Of a stretch of DNA of 64,000 bases, positions 48,901 through 60,900 are shown piece after piece. A model generated the notes under the pieces. The model saw only the letters and a list, made by a program, of their open reading frames with translations. It was not told where the DNA came from and did not search any database. The stretch's first letter is position 1. Every line of letters starts with the position of its first letter. A program made the position numbers and the translations under genes. Source of the stretch: Macrostomum lignano (taxonomy: Eukaryota); contig NIVC01001197.1 of assembly GCA_002269645.1 (NCBI GenBank), positions 1-64,000 on the forward strand, written 5' to 3'.

Positions 48901-51900
48901 TGCCCACCAAAACTTATTAACCTATCACTTTCATCTACGATCCTAATATAAATTGATTGAACACTATATTGATTTAAAGGATAATATATTGGGGTTTGGG
49001 GTGCAACAATCATTTTCTCTCCAATTGGAACAGCAAGAAACGGGATTGAATAAATGATTCCTCGTTGAACCAAAACTCCATTATCATCTGTTATATAACC
49101 ACCGTTTGATATATGTCGGTTGTTATATTAATTGTATTGACACCACCCTCAATGTTTCCCACCGTATCGCCGGTGCTTGATGTGGTAACGATTCGGGAAT
49201 TAAATCCGAGTATGGTTCTAAGTGAATTTGCAATTGTGAAATCAACCTGATATCCAGATCCTAGTGATAGTTTGAATCTGCCAGATGGTAAATCAACCCC
49301 TATAACAATCGCACCTGCTACCCAATCGCCATTAGCTGGTAATTCTCCTTCTATATAAGCATTCAAATCGGTATAGCTATAAGCCCCCGGATTAACACTA
49401 AATGTCGTCCAATTGGCTCCTGAATCTTTAGAATATCTAAATTGATTATTTGTTGCATTAATTAATTGTGGCATATTGAAAACCGAAAATAGTATCAATC
49501 CAATTTGATAACTTAGGCTTTGATCGAGTTGTAACGGATCGCGCAATTGAATCCGTTGCTCGCTGCTTGTCATTATAAACTGTAATGTTGTACTAAATTT
49601 TGATTTAGTTCGATCTACCAATTGTTTTATAGTGTCTAAATTTGCAGCCATTTTTATAGTGGGAAAGCTTTAATCCTCGTCCTCATTATCTTCTTTTATC
49701 AGATCTGTTAAGATACGATTTCTCCTTTCTAACCTAGGATTGATATATATATGTTTGTATTGACTATCATCCCAAATTTTTTTACACATACTTTTAAATG
49801 GTTTTGTATCCAACCCAGGATTAAATCTCGCGTGTATATTTTGTAAATCATAGTTATCTAAATCAAACATTACACAACAACTTGCATTCTTTTTTATAAT
49901 CGAATCTAATTCTCTAAAGGACTGTGTTAGATAAAAAGCTCCAATTCCATCTCCTCTGCCACTAACAAAAATTTCCTTTTGCAATTCTTGATCGCCGTCG
50001 TTAAAAAAATCGTCAAAAACAATTAGTGTTTTATCATTCTTTGGAATTTGATCATATGATAATCGGGTTGATACTCTAACGGTTGGGGAATTTTTGGATC
50101 GAACCTTTGGTTCGCGGACTCCGTCCGATAAGTTTTCTGGATCTTCTGCGGTTGTTTTACACAATCCTTCAATGTCATCGAGTGTAAATTTTGGTTCGTT
50201 ATCATCCTCATATTGCTCATATGCTCTTAACATTCCAAACAAGACATCTTTTTTAGTTTATGTTTTAATCCATGTTTAAGAAATTCATAATATTTAATTC
50301 GTGGTTTGTTAGTATATATTAATAAATTATTGTAGTCTAACATTCCATCGGTTGTTAACAGGTCATAAACAAAGTGTGTTTTTCCTTTACCCGACCCACC
50401 AATTACTAAACAAAGAAAAGGATCATTTGGAAATATCTTATTATGTTTTGCTTTTACCATTTTTAAAGATATAATTTAACTAATCTTTTTCTACGGGGGC
50501 GTCCTGAACAACTGTGCCGTCGGCTTTAGCAATTGACATAAACTCCTCTAATAACAATACGTGGGCGTCTACTGCCTGATTTCCGGTTTTATTAATCTCC
50601 AACATATAATTCAAACTAACATTGGCTACATTTTCTTTCTGTGTGGTTAGATCATGAACAACCATGGGGTGAATGTTTAGAAACTCTGCGGGGGTATATT
50701 GAGGAACAGCATACGCTTCATTTTTGACATAATCCTGATAATATTTTATCAAATCATTGACATTATTATTTCCAGTATTTAAATTAAGAGGTCTTGCAAC
50801 TGGATAATGTTGATCATCAACCACTAGGCGGATATCCTGGAGATTAAACTCATTAATCGCTGAAACCGCGTTGTCGGTTGCGGTGGCTGCTTGTGCTGCT
50901 ACGTCAGCCGATTGAAGCCAATATAAATCCCCGTTGGCTCTTTTGCTAATTCTGTTTGTTATTTTAAACCAAACAAAAATATACCTCACGCGGCGCTTTG
51001 TTGGTAAGATTTGCCACTGGAAAAAATCCTGATTGTTATTAATAGTTCGCATAAAGTGGCGACGATTCAAATAAAATACTTCCTGATCTACCAATAACTG
51101 ATCATTGATGTGTTTTAAAAGCGGTGCCGTTACCTCAATCTTTGGCACGACTAATTGAATTGAAACTATACGAACCGCTAAATCAGTTGAAATTGAACTT
51201 CCAAAAAGTATCCTGGGCTGATATCCTCCAGATATTTGCAACTGAACCCCAAATTTTAATCCCTTCCATACGCGATTTGGTGATAAGAACCCAAATAGTG
51301 GAAATATTGAAAAGTCTTGCTCATATGCGCTTGCGGTTGTTAAAACCGCGACTGGGAATTTATTTTGACGGTCTATGAAACCGGTGTTAATATTTTTGGT
51401 GTTCGATAGGGTTGTTACAACCGGAACTATATTGTTATTAAGATAATTAATTAGAGCGGCGGTATCTGCGCCGGCTGCTGGTGCTACATTAAGAAAATTT
51501 ATTGCTCTACCGTCTCCCTTATCGGCCATCCATCCAACGCTGTCACCAACCTGTTTTGATAAATATGTATAATTTAAATGTTTCAAAACTCCATTAATCT
51601 CCGCTGGGTTTGTTGATGTCTCAACCTCGGCTCCGTTAACAGATAGTTGTGCTTGGGAAAAACATTTATAAAACCAATCATTTTCTATAATAATACCAGC
51701 GCGGTCAGCAATATCTGGGGCTGTAAGTGCCGTTCCATCATTTCTGGTATACAACCACCTAACGCGGAAAAACGCATTTTTCAAATCCAATATGCTAGAG
51801 GTTGCACCAATGTCAAAAGTTAGGGTTCCCGTTGTAAAGTTATTTGAATTATCGCATGTTGGTGCGGTAAAATTTAAATCTCTTGCCCTGACCTCATTGA

Positions 51901-54900
51901 TATACTGGCGATGCTTTTTAAAATGAAATTTATCACTCCATATGGTTTTTGTTTCAGCCATTTTTTTAAGTTAAAAAAGTTTTTTATGTTAAAAAATGAG
52001 TCAATTTATGGATGTTGATGAAGAGTTAGCGATTTATAAAGAGAAGCAAGGATATTCTGATTTTGTTAGAAACTTACAAAAAAGAAAGTTAGGAATACAG
52101 TTAGCTGGAGAAAGATTTGCTGCTCCTTTTGTTAATCCGATTACGGGGAAAATTAGTGAACTAGAAAAAACAGATAAAGACCTTCTTGAAAAAATTGCTA
52201 AGAATACGGAGCCAAAAGAGGATGAAATTTTGAATGAGCCGCCTGCTTATGATTTTGATCAAGCACTATTGAGAGTTGCAGAGATTAGGCGTGCAGAACG
52301 GGGTGGAGTTGATGAATATCCGAGAGCTGCACCACAAAGTATTGCTGTGATGGATTTAGGTAATGATAATTATCGAATTGGTGGAGTTGATAAAAATCGG
52401 AATGAACTATATACAGAATTGGGTGGAGCATATAATAGTATTATGAACCCTAGGGTAAAATTTAACCCTGAATTATATACTAGGGATGAATTAATAAGTG
52501 CTAAAAAAATTTATGATGAGTTAGGAGTAAGAGCTGCTAAAAATACTAGTTTGTATAAAAGGATTGTTGGTTCTATAAATAACAAGCGGGCTGTTGGCGA
52601 AGGATTTAAAACTCCGCGAAAATTTGTTTTAGCTGCTGCGAAAGCTGCTGGACATACAGGAGTTTAGTTAAATTTATTTTTTTTTAATGGCAAATACGAT
52701 AAAAGATTGTCTTTGTAAACCTGTTTATGATAAGGTTGGTTCTGACAGAATACTAAATAAAATATTTCGAGATGAATTAATAATTGCAAACCGTATTAAA
52801 GCAATTCAAATGAGACTTGGATATGTTTATGAATTATTAGCTATTGAACATTTTGGTTTTGAAAAAATAAAGAAAATTGATTTAATTCATACCGAAAGAA
52901 AAATTGCGTTAGAGTTGAAATCTTCTGATAATACAGATAATTCATCAAGTCGATTTAGAAATATTCAAAAGTTATTAGAATTTAAATATGTTAATCCCGA
53001 ATTTGATTTATATTATATTTGCATTAATAATACTACTAAAAACCCAATCAAAAAGGTATTTGATAATGGTGTTATCTTGTTAACTGGGGAATTTGCTTTA
53101 ATTTTTTATATGGTGATCAATATTTAGAAATTATTAAATTGATAGAAACATGTTTTTTAAACATTAAAAATGAACCAACTCGAACGAAGTTCGCGACCCT
53201 TTGGGGCGATTGTGTATGAAGGAGGATTTTTAGATGTTCAAAAAGGATTAACAAGCTTACCAAGTGTTTTTACTACTGGAAAATATACAGGTGAGTTACA
53301 CCTGCCGTCACATCAATTCACGGGTGGAGCTCGAGCTGTGCCCGAGTGGTAGAAGCAAAGCTACTGCTAGTCACTATTAGTGGCAACACCAGCCGCTCAC
53401 TCAATCTCCTAAAGCTTCAAGTACCACTTCAGTTGAGAAATCTTCTGAAGGAACACAGGTAACTCCTGTTCCCAATGGTAACAAGCTTGAAGATCTATAT
53501 GGACAAGCGTGAATCGAAAACCTAATCTCGTATTGCTTGAGTATGGTTGAGATGCAACGACTGTACGCTGGTGGGCTTGAAGGATTTAGTCAATCCTTAT
53601 GATAGCTTAAGACACAGTCTACTCCTTTGTGAAAGCAAAGGTATAAAGGCCGGGTTGACTCGACTCGATCTCCGATTAAATCCTGACAATACTCCAAAAG
53701 CCGATTCAATTCCCATTAACGGCATTGATTGGTTAGCATATTATCATGACTTAGCATACAGAGATGCTGACAAGAACTCGCCCGAGGAAGCATTAAGATT
53801 AAAGCATGAAGCCGATAGAAAAATGATTGAAGGATTAGATAATCTACAGGGCTTATCAGTGAGCCAAAGATTAACTCGGTGGATGGTTAAAAAGATCTTG
53901 CAGTCCAAAGTTAAATTTGGTTTGGGAATTAATTACAACCAACATGGAAATAATTGTGTCGAGTGCTTGTTGTTAAGTGGTGGTGGGTTAAGTTCTGATG
54001 AGGCAAAGGTTCTTCATAAAGAATACCGAAAGCCTAAATTTTATAGAAAAATCATGAACTTCAAAAAGAATGAAATTTGGTATGCTGATTTAATGTCAAT
54101 GCCAAACGAAAGAGGATATAAATATATCTTAACCATACTAGATGGTTTTACTCGATACGCGTGGGCTGTTCCTTTGAAATCCAAAAAAGGAGAAGAAGTT
54201 GCTGCTGCTTTTAGAAGCATTGGAGAAAAAAGTGAAAGGTTGTGTGTTGATGAAGGAAAAGAATTTTACAATCCTCATATGTATAAATTATATCATTTTG
54301 AAAAAGGAAAAGAAAGGATGAAGGACGCGAATGGGGAGTATATTAATAAAATTTATTCTATTTATGGCGAAAGCAAAAACGCATTAATAGAAAGATTTAA
54401 TCGAACTTTGGGGAAGAAATTGTGGTTTCAGTTTAGTCTTAATGGTAACCAAAAGTGGGTAAAAATATTACCAGACGTTGTAAAAGATTATAATAATTCA
54501 TATCATTCAGCTATAAAGATGACTCCTCAACAAGCTTATAACAACCCTGAAAATGTTAAAGTTACTTTTGGAGAGTTTGAAAAAAATAAAAAGAAACCTT
54601 TTAAGGTTGGTGATTCTGTTTATATCTATAAATGGAAAGATAAGTTTGAAAAAGGTAGAAAAGGATATTGGAAGATTAGTGAAAAATTTACTATCAGTAA
54701 AGTTTTAAATACAAATCCTACAACCTATATCATTGCTGATAAAGATGGTGAAGAAATATTGGGTTCGTTTTATGAGAACCAGTTACTTAAAGCTAGCTAG
54801 ATTTTTTAACATATCAATATTATTTTTTTCAAGTTCATGTTTTAATTCTTCGTCTGTTAAACTATTTTTTATTAATGTAGAATCTGAATATTTGAAAGTT

Positions 54901-57900
54901 TCAATTGTTTGTTGAAGTTCGGTATGACCAAAATTGAATTTAAAAATTCTATAAAAGTCTACGTTATTATTTAACTCATTATTATTCAAATATTTGGTAA
55001 TTTAAACTTCTATGGTGGTGGCTTCTCTATATTTCGTTTTTGGGAATTCATTTACAAGCGCTTCAATTTCAATTTGGGTTAGTGGATATATTTTTACTCC
55101 TCGAATATTTTTGATTTCTACAACCCTATCAAAGAGATAATTGGTTAGTTCTATTTGGTTGTGTTTTGGTAAATTATATTTAATAATATTTTTTATTGGA
55201 GTAGCATATTCTTTATATATAATATCGCGATTACTTATAAAACACTTTGGTGGGAATAATGCATAACCTCCATAACTATTCAAATATATACTGAATTTAA
55301 CTATATCAGAATCCTCTTCGTTGGGATAATAACTTCCCCAATACCTCATGAATGAATCTCTCTTTTTTATTCTTTTAATATCTAGTACTTCAATTTCAGA
55401 TGGTGTTAATGGATATATTTTTATTCCTTTATATATTACTTTTTTTATTAAACCATCGATTATCTTCTGTTTTAGATCTCTTAACCTTTGATCAATTTCT
55501 GATTCCATTTTTATGGATATATTTTATATAGTTAATCGTACCTTCGGTACGCAAACTTTGTTTGATTACTTGAGGCAGCAAGGTAATAATTTTTTTATAA
55601 CAAACAAAAACAATATTATTACTATTATAGTTACTAATATTATTATTGACATTTGTTCAACTGTGATCAAACTTAAATTTTCGTTAAGTTCATTAACTGG
55701 CACGTTTCCGATGTAAGAATAATTTACCTTCATTTTTTAGTTATATATTTTTAACAATAAATGTCTGAATCACTAGTTTCATAAGAACTATTTGTTGATT
55801 CGGAATCTGTTGATCTAACCTCCCAATCCTCAGAATTAAAATAATCTCCAAGTTGAAATATTAACTCACCCTCTTGTTCTAAATCATACAAACCATCCAA
55901 CTCTAGGGGATAAAGTTTTAGTTCAGTTTTGTCTTCATATTTTAAATAAACTTCATCAATTATTCCATTCAAAATGTGCTGTTTTATTATCTCTGAATTT
56001 TTAGCAACAGTCTCAAAAGTATCACTTACTGAAAAGGTGTAAACTCGGTTCATTTTTAGTAACAGAAAAAGACCCTTCGCGCCTGCGGCGCGGGCGGCGG
56101 GTTAGAGAGTGTTAGAAGTGTTGGAAGTGTTGCAAGTGTGGGAAGGGTTTGAGTACCATACAAAATTACCAGCAAACCGAAGCGAACGACGAGAGCGTAT
56201 TCTCAGAATTCAATGAGAATTAATCGTTGTAAGTGTGAAATGAGTTGATTGACCGAAATGAAGCGAGGATGAGCGAAGCGAGTTGAGCGAAGTGAAGACG
56301 AGCGATAATGAAGGGAAATGAGTCATTTCACACTGATAAAGGGTTAAATCGTTTGAATTCTGAGAAGGGTTTGCTGGCAATTTTGTATGGTATATACTAC
56401 TATTTAGACAGCTAAAAGACACTAGATGGCAGGTAAGTGCAGTGCCTCACTAGTCGGAAGTCCGATTTCGATAGCTCCGGTTTGGTGAGCCGTTGCGCAC
56501 GGACTGGTGGCAGCGGGTTAGTTAATCTGTAGGCTAGCTAATCTCTTCCTTTCAAATTCTCCCTGCTTGTCTCTCGCTGTCTTCTCTTAGCTATAGGACC
56601 TTGCTGCTCGCCCACAAACTAGCTACCATGGGGCTGACCATCTGACAGGAGTGAGAGGCCAGAGTTCTAAGAGATTCATTTCTGAGTTCTAGGCTACAGG
56701 CTTAAAAAGGCCGAACCCATCACTATGCTATATATTCTGTATAATAAAATACAAAGTTTCTGCGCCTACGCTCGTACCATGCAAAAATAATGCGTAATTT
56801 ACATAAGTCAAGCTCCAGCATAAATATTTAAGCGCCTATTAACGGACTATTGAGCAACAATGCCAAAATGATAAAAATAGCCACAAGATAATAAAATAAT
56901 ATTATATTAATAAAAATAAGCACAAAAAGCCTAATGAACTGAGGCATAAGGACCACAGAATATACACACAATGCCGATTCGAGCATTTTTGTTTAAAAAA
57001 TCGGTACAAGAATTAAAATCACATCAGCCTACTCTTGTTGTCTCACGATTTCGCGGGCAAGACGGCCTAAGGAATCGTCAGTGTGTTGCCCGCAGATTTT
57101 GTCTATGGCATAAGCGTAAACGTTTGTAACGCAAGAATTTTTTGTATTTTTTGTGATTAAACTTGAAAAGTACAAAGTGAAACTTATGAACATGGCATTA
57201 AAAGTACAATCCGTGATGGCCTTGAATCCTCGTTGGTCTCCAACGGTTCGCTCCCTCAACTGGAAACTCAAACGCAGGACGCACGAGTAGGTTTCATTGC
57301 TCAGGCAAAATTGCTCATTCCCAATGACGTCAGTCGCACGTGTCTCAATCATGTACCTGTGCACGCTGGCTCTGAAGCCCCGGATCGTATCCGGTGCATA
57401 TGTCTTAGTCCCCACGGCAGGATTTCCTTTCAAACTTACATACCAGAGGCGCAAATAGCTGTCGACATAACGCAGTGGCATGCGCTCAATGTCCTCAGGC
57501 AGTTTCTTCTCGCGGAGGAACTTCTTAAGTCGTTCAATGTGGTTCCGAGTAGTAGCCAATGTCGAAGGCGACTTTGAGGATGCCTCGGTGTCCTTAACGT
57601 TTTGAAGTTCTTTCGCATCCAAGTCTCGTAGCGAACACTCCGGATCAATAGCGGAATTCAGGAATTCTTCGACCTCCTCGTGGTCCAGGACCGGCAGCCC
57701 AGTGAATTGATCTACCGTTGATTCTACATGCATGGACAGTCGAGATATAAACTGCAGCTCAGAATTAGCCAGGCCACTAATATCGCCTGTTGCTATCTTA
57801 CTGAAATTGATCATGTTGCCGTCAGAATAAGCTATCAGTGCAGCTAATCTCAGCTCTAGTCCGATGCCTCCACGTCTCTCTTCACTGCAGCTGTATGAAC

Positions 57901-60900
57901 AGGCTTTAGGGGCTTTGGACATAGACGAATTCTCAGGGCAGCGGGCACACAACGACATTTACGAAAAAGGAAAAGGAAAGGTAAGGTTTTCACTTAACTG
58001 AAAATGAAGTTCAGTCTGAGCTTTTCTGCGCAGCATGGCTGGAAAATCCAGACTCCAGTGCGCAGCCTATGGATGCCCAAACTATGCCTACAAGTGCCCT
58101 CCGGACACCCGATTTCATCGATTTCCGTCAAGCCGCGAGAGGTGAGTAAACTTATTATATGAGGGGTCTTTCAAAAGTTCGTAGAGAAGCCATCTCCCCT
58201 TAAACATATGCCCTTGAAAATTTTCAAGTATTATTCCATATACGGTATCTACAGAGAATAAGAAGTGCACCTACATTGAAGGCTGGTTGCTTTTCAAGCT
58301 ATTCAAATCTGAGGAAAAGTGCGAGGAGTGCCAGCAGTCGTTAAAAGGCGATGGCTCGGGAGAGATGCGCTTCCTGCAGCTCAAGAACGGACAGGGCGGG
58401 ACTGGAAATCTGATCATTCCCAACAAGGCAGTCATATCTGCAGTCTGTCAGATGGAGCGCACCTTTACGACAATTGACAAAGAGCTGTTCGTTCTGAAGG
58501 ACGTGAGCAAACGGCTTCAGGAAAAGTTCTTTCTCATTGTTCTTGCAAATATTCAGACGCACAGCTCGGATCACGGCGAACGCTGTGCTAAGGCAATGGC
58601 CAAGTTGTTTGCCAGACTTCGCCTGCATCACTGGTGCAACAGTCAGAGGACGCTCGCTCAGCAGAGAAAGTGGGGCGTACGACAGGAATAAATAGAGCTG
58701 AAGAGAGGAAGAAGCTGATGCGATTAAATGCTGTTTAACTGTAGTTTGACTGTGATGCGAATGAATTCTGCTTAGCTGTTGTTTGTTGATGATGCGAATT
58801 GCGAATGAATTCTGTTTAACTTGAGTTCTTCATTGTTTGGTTTGTTTGGATGATAAACTACAAAAAAATGATAACATTTTACATTTTGTCCTCCAGGTTA
58901 CTTATTATTCTTCGCTAATTTATACTACTGGCCATAGACTTCACAACAAGAGTAGTGCACAAGAATTTTAATTCGGCTTCATGGAAATCGCTCGATTTGG
59001 CATTCTGTGTATATTCTGTGATAAGGACTGTTATTGCCACCTAGTTGAATTAGCCTAGCAGGGCGGTGCCTGTTCCTAGCGCTCTCTCTCTCTCGCCCGC
59101 TCTGTCCTAATCAATAGCATCAATAGCGTAGCAATGTACATGTTCATGAATGTACGCATCGTTCACTGTCGCCTAACAAATTTTTATATATTGGGCCCAC
59201 GGCCATATGGGGCCTTAAGCCTTTCGTTTCGCGCTCACACTGCCGCCTTCACTATCGCAGTCTTTACAGTGGCATCGCAAGCAGAGCTTACCCCTACGGT
59301 TAGCCACAATGGTGCATTTCATCTCCCTGCCACCGCCTGAGCAATTCAGCACAAACACTGATCAACAAAACATCTCTAAACGGTGGACCGTGTGGGCCGA
59401 TCGCTTCCGCGACTTTATCGACGCATCCGGAATTACGGCCGAAACTCAGAAGTGCAAACTGCTATCCTACACGGCAGGCAGGGAGATCGCCCAAATCGTC
59501 AAGGACCTGCCGGACGACAAGACAGACAGGCTCAGCAACTTGCTGGCCGCTCTTACAGCACACTTTGACGAACGCAAAGAGTATCGTCTTCGCCCGCTAC
59601 CAGTTCAGACTTTGCGTGCAGCATACTGGAGAGCCAGTGGACGCCTGGTACGCTAGACTAAAGGCAGCTGCTGAAGCCTGCGAGTTCTCCACCCTGAAGG
59701 ATTCTCTCATTAGAGACCAGATCGTCGCAACTTGCTGCTCCGACAAGCTCAGACGGCGACTGCTCCAGGAGAGAAACATCGCATTGAACGATGCTCTCAG
59801 ACAGGCTCGCGCACTAGAAGCCGCGGAAGAGCAGGCCACAGCCATGGAGAGCAGCAGCAGCAGCATCGCGGCCATTCACAAGTCGGCATCAAACCAGCGC
59901 AGAGACCAGCCACAGCCAAACGGCCAGAGACTGACATTCGCCTCCAACACCACCTGCTACCGCTGTGGAGAGCGCGGCCACAGCAGCTGCGGCGCCGCGA
60001 AAGGGAAGACCTGCTCGTCATGCGGCAAGCCCAACCACCTCGCAAAGGCCTGCAGGCAACGCCGGCAGCAGAACTCTTCCAGCATCAACGTGGTTGCAAA
60101 AAACACAGACGGCAGCTCAATCTATGTCTCGCCCGACAACCTCACCGAAGAAGCATTCACGATACAGACGCCGGCTGCGTCGTCAGGGCAGAGATCGGCC
60201 AACATGCGCCTGCAGATCGAAGGGAAAGAATTCAACGTGCTGGTCGACAGCGGCGCGAGCTGCAATGTCATGAGTGAGCATAACTTCCAACACCTGCAGC
60301 ACGTTCCCCTGCGTGGCGCCACCCAGCAGATCTTCAGCTATGGCTCATCAACACCGCTGCAAGTGCTTGGCCTTGCCGATCTAGCTCTCCGCACCGACTC
60401 AGATGAGCTACAAGCCCCGTTCTTCATCACCAAGGACAGTGGCATCACTCTGCTTGGGCGCACCACGGCCTTCGACATGGGAATCCTACACATCCAGCAG
60501 CCAGCCCGACAGATCAACGCTGTGAAACCTCGTGACAGCGCCGAATCCTCGACATTGAAGAAGCTACTCGCCAAACACGACCAAAATCTGGACAACGACC
60601 TACAACCAGACTTACGGTTAGGCAACATACTTCGCGAGTTCCAGCCAGTTTTTGAAGGCCTTGGTCGGGTCAAGGACGTTGAAGTCGACGTTCGGCTGCG
60701 CCCCGAAGCCGTGCCAGTGTGCCATCCACCGTCCAGGATACCCGTCCACCAGCGACAGGCCGTCATCGACGAGCTACAGCTCCTGCTAGATGAAGGCATC
60801 ATCGAGCGCGTGCATGGGCCTTCACCGTGGGTCTCCCGGATGGTTGTCGTGCCAAAGGAGTCCGGTGGCATTCGCATTTGCCAGGATCTTCGCAATGTGA

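Larger units (their letters stand above)
24573..56401. mobile_element. Complete Polinton/Maverick-type endogenous dsDNA virus (31.8 kb as found; ~17.5 kb after removing nested insertions)
   Basis: Termini AGTAGT...ACTACT, 340-390-bp TIRs and 6-bp TSD ATTTAG (24567-72 / 56402-07). Encodes pPolB, MCP, mCP, ATPase, cysteine protease and a retroviral-type integrase. Confidence 0.97.

Noticed and set aside
53324-53648. PLA2 insert as a spliceosomal intron (GT..AG)
   Set aside because: Splicing at these sites leaves the downstream PLA2 out of frame, and there is no polypyrimidine tract.
24573-56401. Bacterial prophage or contaminant contig
   Set aside because: It is flanked by a 6-bp TSD inside an intron-containing gene, carries eukaryotic TEs and has a Polinton gene set.
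56505-56517. tRNA-Leu-type PBS (tggtggcagcggg)
   Set aside because: No adjacent LTR end or downstream gag could be identified.
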